Source of the DNA: Brevundimonas sp.
Lineage (GTDB): Bacteria > Pseudomonadota > Alphaproteobacteria > Caulobacterales > Caulobacteraceae
Reading direction: 5' to 3'
Length of the DNA: 64,000 bases
Assembly: GCA_046291915.1 (NCBI GenBank)
Contig: JBKBSD010000005.1
Coordinates: 98,292 to 162,291 of the forward strand
The first letter of the stretch is position 1, and each line of letters opens with the position of its first letter. Under the pieces are notes generated by a model. The model did not search any database, was not told the DNA's origin, and saw only the letters and a program-made list of their open reading frames with translations. Position numbers and translations under genes: made by a program. This document shows positions 18,931 to 28,766 of the stretch, piece by piece.

Positions 18931-20168
18931 CAGTCGAGAACGTTGAACCAGCGGTCCAGACGCACCTTCGAGAACCAGCTGACCGGGTTCCACAGCGAGG
19001 CGCCCTCGTTCCACGAGAACAGGATGATCTCGGCCTTGCCGATCAGGTTCTCGGCCGGCACCAGACCGACACCGTTCTGCGACGGGTCCACGCGGCTGTC
19101 GATCGAGTTGTCGCGGTTGTCGCCCATCATGAAGTAGTGGCCGGCCGGGACCTCGAACACCGGGGTGTCGTCCAGATCATTGCCCGGACCGAAGTCCTGA
19201 ATCTTGAAGGTCTTGGAGCCGTCCGGGAAGGTCTCGTCGGCCTGCACGATGGGCATGCCGTACATACTGGTCACGTCGGAGTTCGACACGACCACGTCCC
19301 GCACGGGCTGGCCGTTGATGTGCAGCACATTGCTGACCATCTGGATCCGGTCGCCGGGCAGGCCGATCAGGCGTTTGATGTAGTCGGTCTTGTTGTCGCG
19401 CGGCAGCTTGAAGACAACGATGTCGCCCCGGGTCGGTTCACGGCTGACGAACGGCAGGGAAACGCGCCCGTCGAAGATCGGCGGGCTGAACGGGATCGAG
19501 TGCTTCGAATAGCCGTAGGACCATTTCGAGACGACGATATAGTCGCCCTCGTAGAGGTTGGGCTCCATCGACGCCGACGGGATGGTGAAGGGCTGGAACA
19601 GCAGGATGCGCAGGACCAGGGCGATCAGCAGGGCGAAGAAGACGGTCTTGATGACCTCCCAGCCCTCATTGGCCGTTCCGCCGCCGTCGCCGGTCTTCTT
19701 GCCCTTCTTGCCACGGGCATAGACGGGGGTGCTGTCGATGTCCTCGAACGGCGCATCGCCCTGATCGCTCCACACCGGGCGCCGGGGCTCGGGCGTGGCG
19801 GCTGCGGCCGCAGCGGCCGCCGTGACGGCGGTGGCTTCTACCGGTGTCGGATGCGGGTCGTGGGCGAGCGCATCGTGGGCCGGGGTTTCATCATGGGTGA
19901 CGACGGGCGCGGCTTCGTCATGCGCGTGGTCGTCATGGACCTCGGCGGCGGCCGCAACGTCGGGCTCATCGCCATGGGCGACGACAGGTTCGACGGGTTC
20001 ATCGTGGACCACTTCGGGCGCGTCATGGTGCTCATGCGCGGCCTCGGCCGGGATAGCGTCATCATGAGCGGCGACAGGCGTGGCGGCGTGGTCGTCGTGA
20101 CCGTGGCCGGCGTCATGCCCGTGATCGTCGTGGGCGTGATCGTCGTGTGGCTTGTGTTCGTCGCTCAT
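18930..20168 (-). CDS. lepB: Signal peptidase I with long His/Asp/Ala-rich N-terminal extension
   Basis: IPSASMEP catalytic Ser, YIKRLIGLPGD catalytic Lys, GDNRDNSIDSR. Confidence 0.95.
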   Translation of the reverse strand: MSDEHKPHDDHAHDDHGHDAGHGHDDHAATPVAAHDDAIPAEAAHEHHDAPEVVHDEPVEPVVAHGDEPDVAAAAEVHDDHAHDEAAPVVTHDETPAHDALAHDPHPTPVEATAVTAAAAAAAATPEPRRPVWSDQGDAPFEDIDSTPVYARGKKGKKTGDGGGTANEGWEVIKTVFFALLIALVLRILLFQPFTIPSASMEPNLYEGDYIVVSKWSYGYSKHSIPFSPPIFDGRVSLPFVSREPTRGDIVVFKLPRDNKTDYIKRLIGLPGDRIQMVSNVLHINGQPVRDVVVSNSDVTSMYGMPIVQADETFPDGSKTFKIQDFGPGNDLDDTPVFEVPAGHYFMMGDNRDNSIDSRVDPSQNGVGLVPAENLIGKAEIILFSWNEGASLWNPVSWFSKVRLDRWFNVLD

Positions 20169-20223
20169 GGCTCATCCCCCAGCCGCTGTCGCGGTCTTCA
20201 GCGGCGAAAGCGGTATAACGTGA

Positions 20224-20625
20224 TTAAGCCACGGGCAAGGCTTCGATCACCACGAAGGCGAGTGCATAGGGATGCTCGTCGCTGAGGGTGAGATGGATGC
20301 GGGCGGTGTGCCCGGCCGGGGTCATGCGCGCCAGATGCTCCGCCGCGTGTCCGGTGACGGCCATGGTCGGCTGGCCCGACCGCAGGTTCACCACCCCCAT
20401 GTCGCGCCAGTAGACATCCGCCCGCATGCCGGTGCCCAGGGCCTTGGCCAACGCTTCCTTGGCCGCGAACCGCTTGGCGTAGCTCCACGCCGGATCCGGC
20501 TTGCGGTCCGAGCGGGTCCGCTCCAGTTCGGTGAAGCAGCGCTGTTTGAACCGGTCGCCGAAGCGATCCAGCGAGTTCTGGATGCGCCGGATGTCCGACA
20601 GGTCCGCGCCGACGCCCAGGATCAC
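20224..20625 (-). CDS. acpS: Holo-ACP synthase
   Basis: [29 protein letters not shown]. Confidence 0.95.
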   Translation of the reverse strand: MILGVGADLSDIRRIQNSLDRFGDRFKQRCFTELERTRSDRKPDPAWSYAKRFAAKEALAKALGTGMRADVYWRDMGVVNLRSGQPTMAVTGHAAEHLARMTPAGHTARIHLTLSDEHPYALAFVVIEALPVA

Positions 20626-21389
20626 GAGGCGGGTCCGATATTGCGCGCCTGATCCATCAGATCGCGCATGCGGCTGATCGCCGGTCCCAGACCGACGAAG
20701 ATGGCTTCCCCGATCAGGAAATGGCCGATGTTCAGCTCCACGATCTCGGGGATGGCGGCGACCGGGATCACCGTGTCGTAGTCGATGCCGTGACCGGCGT
20801 GGACCTCCAGCCCCAGCGCGGTCGCCTGCGCCGCGCCCGCGCGCAGGGCGGCCAGTTCGGTCTCGGCCTCTTCCTCGCGGCCCTCGCGCACGGCGTCACA
20901 GTAGGCGCCGGTGTGCAGTTCCACGACCGCGGCGCCGGTCCGGTGCGCGGCCCTGATCTGCTCAGGGTCCGCCCCGATGAACAGGGAGACGCGGGACCCG
21001 GCGTCCGTCAGTTGCGCAACGACCGGCGTGATCCAGTTGTGTCCGCCGACGACATCCAGGCCGCCCTCGGTCGTCCGCTCCTCGCGCTTCTCAGGCACCA
21101 GGCACACAGCATGGGGGCGGTGATGCAGGGCGATGGCCAGCATCTCCTGCGTGACAGCCATCTCGAGGTTCAACGGGCGGGACTGATCGCGCAGCACCTC
21201 GGACAGGCTGTCAATGTCGCTGTCCGAGATGTGGCGCCGGTCCTCGCGCAAGTGGGCGGTGATCCCGTCGGCTCCGGCGATCAGCGCGTCCTGCGCCGCG
21301 CGAACGGGATCGGGATACAGGCCGCCGCGCGCGTTCCGCACCGTGGCCACATGGTCAATGTTGACGCCCAGCCGGACCCTCTGGCTCAT
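20622..21389 (-). CDS. pdxJ: Pyridoxine 5'-phosphate synthase
   Basis: [32 protein letters not shown]. Confidence 0.97.
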   Translation of the reverse strand: MSQRVRLGVNIDHVATVRNARGGLYPDPVRAAQDALIAGADGITAHLREDRRHISDSDIDSLSEVLRDQSRPLNLEMAVTQEMLAIALHHRPHAVCLVPEKREERTTEGGLDVVGGHNWITPVVAQLTDAGSRVSLFIGADPEQIRAAHRTGAAVVELHTGAYCDAVREGREEEAETELAALRAGAAQATALGLEVHAGHGIDYDTVIPVAAIPEIVELNIGHFLIGEAIFVGLGPAISRMRDLMDQARNIGPAS

Positions 21390-21393
21390 ATCC

Positions 21394-21981
21394 TCAACCC
21401 TTTGACAGACGCCGGCTGCCCGGATCCTCGACCGGGAGGGCGGCCAGTTCGGGCGGCAGGGCGTCGGCGGGGTATGCGGGCACGTCCAGCGTCGCCAGCG
21501 CGATCAGCGGCACGCCGACATCGGCGCGGCCGCCCGAACGGTCCACGATACAGGCGGCGGCGATGACCTCGCCCCCGGCGGCGTTGATGGCGGCGATGCA
21601 TTCGCGCGAGCTCAGGCCTGTGGTGACGATGTCCTCGACCATCACGACCTTCTGGCCCGGCTCGACGTGGAAGCCGCGACGCAGCTTGAACTCACCGTCC
21701 ACGCGCTCGACGTACATCGAGGGGACCTTCAGCCAGCGGGCGGTCTCGTAGCCGGGGATGATCCCTCCGACGGCGGGCGATATGGCCACGTCGACCGGAC
21801 CGACGGCGGCCACGATCTTCTCCGCCAACGCCTTGCACAGGCGGGCGCAGCGTTCCGCGTCCATGAATACGAGGTTCTTCTGCAGGAAGGTCGGGCTGTG
21901 CAGGCCGGACGAGAGGACGAAATGGCCCTCGCGCAGGGCGCCGGCGTCACGGAACTCGTTGAGTACGTCTTCGGAGGTCAT
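21394..21981 (-). CDS. pyrE: Orotate phosphoribosyltransferase
   Basis: [15 protein letters not shown] motif VEDIVTTG. Confidence 0.95.
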   Translation of the reverse strand: MTSEDVLNEFRDAGALREGHFVLSSGLHSPTFLQKNLVFMDAERCARLCKALAEKIVAAVGPVDVAISPAVGGIIPGYETARWLKVPSMYVERVDGEFKLRRGFHVEPGQKVVMVEDIVTTGLSSRECIAAINAAGGEVIAAACIVDRSGGRADVGVPLIALATLDVPAYPADALPPELAALPVEDPGSRRLSKG

Positions 21982-21990
21982 TCCTGTCCC

Positions 21991-22809
21991 CTACCCCGTC
22001 ACGGCCTCGCTTTGAAGGGCCGGTTGCGCCGGATCGGTGCTGTTTTCGGCGCCGGGGTTCAGACCGCGCGCCAGAAGCTCGGCCCAGGCGGTCTCGGCGT
22101 CCTCGGCGAAGCTGATCAGCTCGAGATCGGCAGCCGCGACCATGCCGTGCTCGACAAGGGCGTCGAAGCCCACGACCGAGGTCCAGTAGGCCTTGTCGAT
22201 CAGGACGATGGGCGTTGTCCGCCCCTTTCCCGTCTGGCGTAGGGTCAGGATCTCGAACAGCTCGTCAAAGGTGCCGAACCCGCCGGGGAAGACCACCAGC
22301 GCATTGGCCCGCATGGCGAAATGCATCTTGCGCATGGCGAAGTAGTGAAAGCGGAAGGTCAGCTCCGGCGTCGACCAGGCGTTCGGCTCCTGCTCGTGCG
22401 GCAGGGTGATGTTGAAGCCGATGGACGGCGCGCCGACGTCGTGCGCGCCGCGATTGGCCGCGCCCATGATGCCCGGACCGCCGCCGGTGGCGATGACGTT
22501 GTCGCGTGGCTGTCCGACGGAGGCGCGCATCGCTCCGCCCCGCTCCGAGGCGATGCGGCCGAACGCCCGGGCCTCGGTGTACCAGCGGGCATGGGCGGGG
22601 CTGGTCTCCTCGCCTACGCGGGCGCTGCCGAACACGACGATGGTCGAGCGAACGCCCCAGGCTTTCAGCGCGTCCTCGGCCTTTTCGTATTCCATCAGGA
22701 ACCGGGCCCCACGCATGCTTTCGCTCAGCAGGAAGTCCTGATCGAGCGCGGCCAGACGATAGGAGGGAGAGGCCAGTTGCGCGGCGTTGGAGGGACGCTG
22801 ATCACTCAC
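21991..22809 (-). CDS. LOG family (lysine-decarboxylase-like) nucleotide phosphoribohydrolase
   Basis: VFGSAR, TGGGPGIM, FPGGFGTFDE; GTG start overlaps the spoT stop (GTGA). Confidence 0.88.
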   Translation of the reverse strand: MSDQRPSNAAQLASPSYRLAALDQDFLLSESMRGARFLMEYEKAEDALKAWGVRSTIVVFGSARVGEETSPAHARWYTEARAFGRIASERGGAMRASVGQPRDNVIATGGGPGIMGAANRGAHDVGAPSIGFNITLPHEQEPNAWSTPELTFRFHYFAMRKMHFAMRANALVVFPGGFGTFDELFEILTLRQTGKGRTTPIVLIDKAYWTSVVGFDALVEHGMVAAADLELISFAEDAETAWAELLARGLNPGAENSTDPAQPALQSEAVTG

Positions 22810-25097
22810 CCGCGGGCGCGCTCCACGGTGTCGACCGAGGGATTGGCGCGCAGGGCGGCCATGATCATGGTCGCGTGCTTGGCGTCCTCGACCTCCATGT
22901 CGATGTCGACATCGAAGAAGTCCTGCTGCCGGTGGCTCATGACCAGGTTCAGGATGTTGCCGCCCGCCTCGCCGATCAGGGTGGCGACCTGGCCCAGGAC
23001 CCCGGGGGCGTTCTTGATGGTGGCGCGAACCCGGGCGGCGGCGACCGCGCCCTGCTCGGCCTGCGGCGTCCACTGGAGGTCCTGCCAGACCGAATCGTCA
23101 TCGGCGAAGTCGGCCAGCTTCTGACAGTCGATGGTGTGGACCGTCAGGCCCACCTCCGGCTCCATGATCCCGACGATGCGGTCGCCCGGAACCGGGGTGC
23201 AACAGTGACCGAAATGGATGCTGACGCCCGGCGTCAGTCCCCCGCCGCGCACGAACATGCGGGCCTGATCGTCGGCGATGCGTTTGCGGTCCGGTCCCGC
23301 CTTCAGGCGGCCCTTCAGGGCGGGGAACAGGGTCTCGCCGACCTTGGCGGCGGACAGGCGACCCCGGCCGATGGCCTCGAACAGATCGTCGTCGGTCTCC
23401 ACCGCCAGGGTTTCCAGCGCGGGCTTCAGCGTGACCTCATCCAGCGCCTTTCCGGCCCGGGTCAGGGTCTGTTCCAGCGTCGCGCGGCCCAGCTTCTGGA
23501 ACTCGCCCCGTTCGGAGGTGCGGATATGGCGGCGAATGGCGGAACGAGCGCGACCGGTGACGGTCAACGAGCGCCAATCGACCGGGATTTCGCGCTTGGC
23601 GCCGCGGATAATCTCGACCACGTCGCCGTTCTGGAGCTGGGTCCGCATCGGCTTCAGCTCGCCGTTGACCTTTACCCCGACCGCGGAATCGCCCACGCCG
23701 GTGTGGACCGCATAGGCGAAGTCCAGCGGCATCCCGCCACGCGGCAGGGTGATCAGGGCGCCCTTGGGGGTGAAGACGAAGACCTGATCCAGGTACATCT
23801 CAAGCTTGGCGTGCTCGACCCAGTCCTCACCGCCCTCCCCGTGCTCGATGACCTGGACGAGGTGGCGCAGGTTCTGCAGCGGGTCGCGGCCGCCGTCCTT
23901 CTCCATGGCCTCCTTGTCGAAGCCGTAGGACTTGTTCTTGTAGGCCCAGTGCGCGGCCACGCCGTCCTCGGCCACCCGGTCCATCGCCTCGGTGCGGATC
24001 TGCATCTCGATCCGCAGGCCCGAGGGGCCGACGACCGTGGTGTGCAGCGAGCGATAGTTGTTCGACTTGGGCGTCGAGATGAAGTCCTTGAACCGCTCCG
24101 GCACCATCGGCCAGGCGCGGTGGATGACGCCCAGGGCGCGGTAGCAGTCATCCTCGGCCTCGACGATGACGCGGAAGCCGTAGATGTCCGACAGGGACGA
24201 GAAGCCCACCGACTTGCGCTGCAGCTTCCGCCAGATCGAGTAAGGCGTCTTCTGGCGACCGGAGACGTGGGCCTTGACCCCCGCCTCCTGCAGCACGCGC
24301 TCGACCTCGGTGGAGACGCCGCCGATGGCGCGGCCATGTTCCAGCTTCAGCGCCTCCAGCCGGCGCTCGATGGCCGTCCGGGCGGTCGGGTTCAGGTGGG
24401 TGAAGGCCAGTTCTTCCAGCTCGGAGGCGATCGAGTGGATGCCGATCGACCGGCCCAGCGGGGCATAGACTTCCAGCGTCTCGCGGCTGATGCGTTCACG
24501 CTTCTCCGGCTTGACGTACTGGAGCGTCCGCATGTTGTGCAGACGGTCGGCCAGCTTCACCAGCAGGACCCGCACGTCGCGGCTGATGGCCAGAATGAAT
24601 TTACGAAGGTTCTCGGCCTGGCGCGTGTGCTCGGCCTGGAGCTCGAGGCGCGACAGCTTGGTCACGCCCTCGACCAGCACCGCGACCTCCTCGCCGAACA
24701 TGGCGGCGATGTCGTCGCGGGTGGCGGAAGTGTCCTCGACCACGTCGTGCAGCAGGGCGGTGACGATGGTCGCGGTGTCGAGGCGGTAGTCGGTGAGGAT
24801 GCCCGCGACCTGGATGGGGTGGGCGAAATAGGGATCGCCGGAGGCTCGCAGCTGCGAACCGTGCATCTTCATCGCGTAGACATAGGCGCGGTTGAGAATA
24901 TTCTCATCCGCGGTGGGATCATAAGCCCGCACGGCTTCCACCAGTTCGAACTGGCGCAGCACCTTGCTCCGGACGGGCTCCGGCGACTTGACCGGAGCCG
25001 CGCTGTCGGCGGGATCGTTCAGATTGGCAGCTTCAGGGGCCGGCGCGGGCTGCCGCGCCGGCAGGATAGTGATACCGTTGGCGGCTTCGGCCGTCAG
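22806..25097 (-). CDS. spoT: Bifunctional (p)ppGpp synthetase/hydrolase
   Basis: HD domain [33 protein letters not shown] and ACT domains; start uncertain (GTG 24962 or CTG 25097). Confidence 0.95.
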   Translation of the reverse strand: MTAEAANGITILPARQPAPAPEAANLNDPADSAAPVKSPEPVRSKVLRQFELVEAVRAYDPTADENILNRAYVYAMKMHGSQLRASGDPYFAHPIQVAGILTDYRLDTATIVTALLHDVVEDTSATRDDIAAMFGEEVAVLVEGVTKLSRLELQAEHTRQAENLRKFILAISRDVRVLLVKLADRLHNMRTLQYVKPEKRERISRETLEVYAPLGRSIGIHSIASELEELAFTHLNPTARTAIERRLEALKLEHGRAIGGVSTEVERVLQEAGVKAHVSGRQKTPYSIWRKLQRKSVGFSSLSDIYGFRVIVEAEDDCYRALGVIHRAWPMVPERFKDFISTPKSNNYRSLHTTVVGPSGLRIEMQIRTEAMDRVAEDGVAAHWAYKNKSYGFDKEAMEKDGGRDPLQNLRHLVQVIEHGEGGEDWVEHAKLEMYLDQVFVFTPKGALITLPRGGMPLDFAYAVHTGVGDSAVGVKVNGELKPMRTQLQNGDVVEIIRGAKREIPVDWRSLTVTGRARSAIRRHIRTSERGEFQKLGRATLEQTLTRAGKALDEVTLKPALETLAVETDDDLFEAIGRGRLSAAKVGETLFPALKGRLKAGPDRKRIADDQARMFVRGGGLTPGVSIHFGHCCTPVPGDRIVGIMEPEVGLTVHTIDCQKLADFADDDSVWQDLQWTPQAEQGAVAAARVRATIKNAPGVLGQVATLIGEAGGNILNLVMSHRQQDFFDVDIDMEVEDAKHATMIMAALRANPSVDTVERARG

Positions 25098-25453
25098 TAC
25101 CGCTCCTCCTGCCCGCCGTCGCGGTCGCTTTGCAGCGCGCGGATCAGCTCGGCCTCGGCCATGTTCATGTGCTGCGGTTCGGCCAGCAGGGCGACGACTT
25201 CGGCTTCGTCCTCGGCTTCCGTGCGCTCGTCGACGCGTTGCAGCGTGACGATGATGTTTTCCAGCAGTTCGGCCGGGACGACGGTGTCGTCAGCCAGTTC
25301 GCGCAGGGCGACGACCGGGTTCTTGTCGTTGTCGCGGTCGATGGTCAGGGCCGCGCCATTGGCGATGTTGCGGGCGCGGTGACCGGCCAGCAGAACCAGA
25401 CCAAAGCGGTTCGGAACCTTCTCGATGCAATCTTCGACGGTGACGCGGGCCAT
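25094..25453 (-). CDS. rpoZ: RNA polymerase omega subunit
   Basis: MARVTVEDC...[22 protein letters not shown]. Confidence 0.96.
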   Translation of the reverse strand: MARVTVEDCIEKVPNRFGLVLLAGHRARNIANGAALTIDRDNDKNPVVALRELADDTVVPAELLENIIVTLQRVDERTEAEDEAEVVALLAEPQHMNMAEAELIRALQSDRDGGQEERY

Positions 25454-25537
25454 GTAATTCCTCGGACGCGGAGTAGAACCGGACAAAATATAGATGTGGA
25501 CGGCTTTGTGCAACGCCACATGGGCGGGAAAGAGGCG

Positions 25538-25819
25538 CTAATCGCCTTTGCGCGCCTCCTCGGCCCGCAAATTCTCCCGGTATCGCCGCACCCCCTCTGG
25601 AGCCGGCGAGCAGGTGACCGCACCCTCACCATGACTCTGGCACACGATATCGGATCTGTCCGAGTATGCGTGGCCCCAAGGATCTCCGCCGCCGTGACCA
25701 GCGAACCAGAGGGTAATGACCGCGATAGCCGCCAGAAAGGCGATGAGGATCACCAGTGGCTGTCGGGCCTGGACAAGACGACGCCCATAGTAGGCGGTCC
25801 TGATCTTCCAGATATTCAC
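25538..25819 (-). CDS. Small hypothetical membrane protein
   Basis: One TM segment and two Cys; 4-nt overlap with folK stop. Confidence 0.5.
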   Translation of the reverse strand: MNIWKIRTAYYGRRLVQARQPLVILIAFLAAIAVITLWFAGHGGGDPWGHAYSDRSDIVCQSHGEGAVTCSPAPEGVRRYRENLRAEEARKGD

Positions 25820-26352
25820 AGGGCGTGCGCGTCCCTGCCGACCGACGCGCTCTCAGACAGAACCGAAGCCCGCAGGCCCGAGACCGGTTCGATCCAGTCC
25901 GGCATGATCTCGGCCAGCGGTCCCATGACGAACAGGCGTTCGTGGGCCCGGGGATGAGGAAGGATCAAGCCGTCGAGGTCGCCCATCAGGCGGCCATAAG
26001 CGATCAGGTCGAGGTCCAGCGTCCGGGGCGCATTCAGACGACCGCGTTGCCGTCCGAATGCCTCCTCGATGCGACCGAGCGCCGCCATCAGGGCGTGCGG
26101 CTCGAGTGCGGTGCGGACCAGCACCACCCCGTTCAGGAAGGGCGGGTCCGACGGGTCGGGCCAGGCGGCCGACGCCCACCATGATGACCGGGCGACCACA
26201 TCCACCCCCTCGCTGCGAAATCGCGCCAGCGCGGCCTCCAGCGCCTCACGGCAATCCGCCCAGGCGCCCTTGTCATTGCAGCCCAGCGCAACGAAGACGG
26301 CGGCGTCCGGATCGGACTCCCCGTCTATTTCGACGGAGAGCGGGACGCCCAT
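25816..26352 (-). CDS. folK: 2-amino-4-hydroxy-6-hydroxymethyldihydropteridine diphosphokinase
   Basis: VALGCN, FLNGV, PRTLDLDLI, LPHPRAHERLFV; start uncertain. Confidence 0.93.
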   Translation of the reverse strand: MGVPLSVEIDGESDPDAAVFVALGCNDKGAWADCREALEAALARFRSEGVDVVARSSWWASAAWPDPSDPPFLNGVVLVRTALEPHALMAALGRIEEAFGRQRGRLNAPRTLDLDLIAYGRLMGDLDGLILPHPRAHERLFVMGPLAEIMPDWIEPVSGLRASVLSESASVGRDAHAL

Positions 26353-26371
26353 TTCGACGGAGACCTTTTCC

Positions 26372-26929
26372 ATGACGCCCAATCCCGCTGACCGCACCGC
26401 CCTGTTTATCGACGGCGCCAATCTGTACGCCTCGGCCAAGGCGCTGAACACCGACCTCGACTTCCGCAAGCTGGTGGAGATGTATCGGGCGCAAAGCGAT
26501 CTGGTTCGCGCCCTGTACTACACCGCCGTAATCGAGGGGGAGGAGTTCTCCCCGATCAAGCCGCTGGTGGACTGGCTGGACTATAACGGGTTCAGCGTCG
26601 TGACGAAGCCGGTCAAGCGTTTCACCGACGCCCAGGGGCACAGCCGCATCAAGGGCAATATGGATATCGAGATCGCGGTCGACATGCTGGAGCTGGCGCC
26701 GCGTCTGGACCACATGGTCCTGTTTTCCGGGGACGGCGACTTCCGGCGGGTGGTTCAGGCGGTTCAGGCCAAGGGCGTGAAGGTCACCGTGGTCTCCACG
26801 GTCAGGAGCCAGCCGCCCCAGATCGCCGACGAACTGCGCCGTCAGGCGGACGCCTTCGTGGACCTGAACGACCTCCTGGCCGAGATCGGTCGTCCCCGGC
26901 ACAGCGGCGGCGCGACCCTGCGCGACTGA
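26372..26929 (+). CDS. NYN domain (LabA/DUF88) protein
   Basis: FIDGANLY, KGNMDIEIAVD, SGDGDF, LRRQAD.F. Confidence 0.92.
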   Translation: MTPNPADRTALFIDGANLYASAKALNTDLDFRKLVEMYRAQSDLVRALYYTAVIEGEEFSPIKPLVDWLDYNGFSVVTKPVKRFTDAQGHSRIKGNMDIEIAVDMLELAPRLDHMVLFSGDGDFRRVVQAVQAKGVKVTVVSTVRSQPPQIADELRRQADAFVDLNDLLAEIGRPRHSGGATLRD

Positions 26930-27075
26930 GCGGGGCTGGTCCCTGCCCCGGCGTTTGGCCCGCACCCCTGTGTGGCTCCCGCGCAACGCGAATCAGTGGC
27001 CGTAAAACCGTGATCGGAGCGGCGGGAACGGCCGCGCGATGACGACGTTTTCCGGACAGCTTTGGAGGGCTGTCA

Positions 27076-27272
27076 TGATCAGGGGTAACGGGGTCTTTTC
27101 CCCGCGAGAACGTCGCATCGGGTTGATCGCATTGTTGGCCGCCGCAGCGGTCGCCGCCGGTGGCATGGCGATCCAGCCGCTGATCAAGCCGTCGCTCGGG
27201 CCGGGCGGCGCCGACGCCTATCTGTCTGCGCCCACGCCGGGCGTGCTGGACGCCACGCCGTTCAACGGCTGA
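27076..27272 (+). CDS. Small hypothetical membrane/exported protein
   Basis: GGAGG before ATG 27076; basic then hydrophobic segment. Confidence 0.45.
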
Positions 27273-27290
27273 GCGCCGATTGACGGGGCC

Positions 27291-27761
27291 TCAGCCCCGT
27301 TCCTTCATCAGTCGCGCCTTGTCGCGCTGCCAGTCGCGATCGGCGCTGGCCTGGCGCTTGTCGTGCAGCTTCTTGCCCTTGGCGAGCGCGATCTCGATCT
27401 TCGCCTTGCCCGCCTCGTTCAGATACAGCCGGACCGGGATGATGGTCTGGCCGTCGCGCTGGACCGCGCCGATGAACCTGTCGATCTGCTTGCGGTGCAG
27501 CAGCAGCTTACGATGCCGCCGGGGCTCGTGATTGAAGCGGTTGGCCTGTTTGTACGGCGGGATGTCGGCGTTCACGAGCACGATCTCCCTCCCCTCAACC
27601 GCCGCATAGGATTCGGCGATATTCGCCCGGCCGTCCCTCAGGGCCTTGATCTCGGTCCCGAGCAGGGCGATGCCCGCCTCGGTATAGTCCTCGAGGAAGT
27701 AGTCGAACTTGGCGCGCCGGTTTTCGGCCAGCACCTTTATCTTCGGTTTGTCGGAGGCCAT
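27291..27761 (-). CDS. smpB: SsrA-binding protein
   Basis: [31 protein letters not shown]. Confidence 0.97.
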   Translation of the reverse strand: MASDKPKIKVLAENRRAKFDYFLEDYTEAGIALLGTEIKALRDGRANIAESYAAVEGREIVLVNADIPPYKQANRFNHEPRRHRKLLLHRKQIDRFIGAVQRDGQTIIPVRLYLNEAGKAKIEIALAKGKKLHDKRQASADRDWQRDKARLMKERG

Positions 27762-27769
27762 CCCTGTTC

Positions 27770-28654
27770 CTATGCCAGCCCGGCGTCAGCCATTGCGCGG
27801 TCGATCGCGGGCTTCACGGCGTCGGCGGTCGGGACGAGCGGAAGACGAACTTCCTCGCCACAGAACTGCAAACGCGAGAGGGCGTATTTGGTGGGCGACG
27901 GCGAATTGTCCAGGAACAGGCCCTTGTGCAGACCGATCAGACGGTTCTGCCACTGGCGCGCCGTGGCGTAGTCGCCCGCCTGCGCCGCCTCGTACAGGGC
28001 GACCATGCCCTCGGGCGCGACATTGGACGTGACCGAGATCACCCCGACCCCGCCCTGGGCATGATACCCCAGACAGCTGGCGTCATCGCCGGAGATCAGG
28101 TCGAACTGGCCGTCGATATTGGCGCGCATCCAGCTGACGCGCGACATGTCGCCGGTCGCGTCCTTGATGCCGACGATGTTCGGATGAGCGGCCAGTCGGG
28201 CGACCGTTTCGTTGGACAGGTCCGCGCCGGTTCGGCCCGGCACATTGTACAGGATGACGGGCAGTTGGATCGCTTCGGCGATGGCCTCGAAATGCGCGGC
28301 CAGCCCGGCTTGCGAGGGCCGGTTGTAGTAGGGCGTAACGACCAGGGCGCCGTCTGCGCCCACGGTTTTGGCGTGACGGACCAGTTCGATCGCCTTGTCG
28401 GTCGAGGACGAACCTGACCCGGCGATGACCCGGACGCGTCCGGCGGCGGCCTGAACACACAGTTCCACGACACGAAGGTGCTCCTCCGGATGCAGCGAAG
28501 CGCTCTCGCCCGTCGTGCCCATCGGCACGACGCCGTGAACTCCTGCGGCGATCTGGCGTTCGAGCAACCTCGTGAAGGCGGCTTCGTCCACCTTTCCGTC
28601 ACGAAGTGGTGTGATCAGGGCGGTGATCACGCCCTTGAACAAGGGGGCGGTCAT
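27770..28654 (-). CDS. dapA: 4-hydroxy-tetrahydrodipicolinate synthase
   Basis: GTTGES, TPYYNRP, YNVPGRT, IKDATG. Confidence 0.96.
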   Translation of the reverse strand: MTAPLFKGVITALITPLRDGKVDEAAFTRLLERQIAAGVHGVVPMGTTGESASLHPEEHLRVVELCVQAAAGRVRVIAGSGSSSTDKAIELVRHAKTVGADGALVVTPYYNRPSQAGLAAHFEAIAEAIQLPVILYNVPGRTGADLSNETVARLAAHPNIVGIKDATGDMSRVSWMRANIDGQFDLISGDDASCLGYHAQGGVGVISVTSNVAPEGMVALYEAAQAGDYATARQWQNRLIGLHKGLFLDNSPSPTKYALSRLQFCGEEVRLPLVPTADAVKPAIDRAMADAGLA

Positions 28655-28766
28655 TGAAACGATGGTCCTGCGTGGAATTGGGCGACGCTCGCTCGGAAGC
28701 GAAGCGCCGGAGGGTAGGTTGCCGGTTCACGGACCGCAACCACGACAAATGAGGAATGGACACGGA

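Noticed and set aside
22506-25382. 958-aa + strand ORF
   Set aside because: Antisense shadow of spoT/rpoZ
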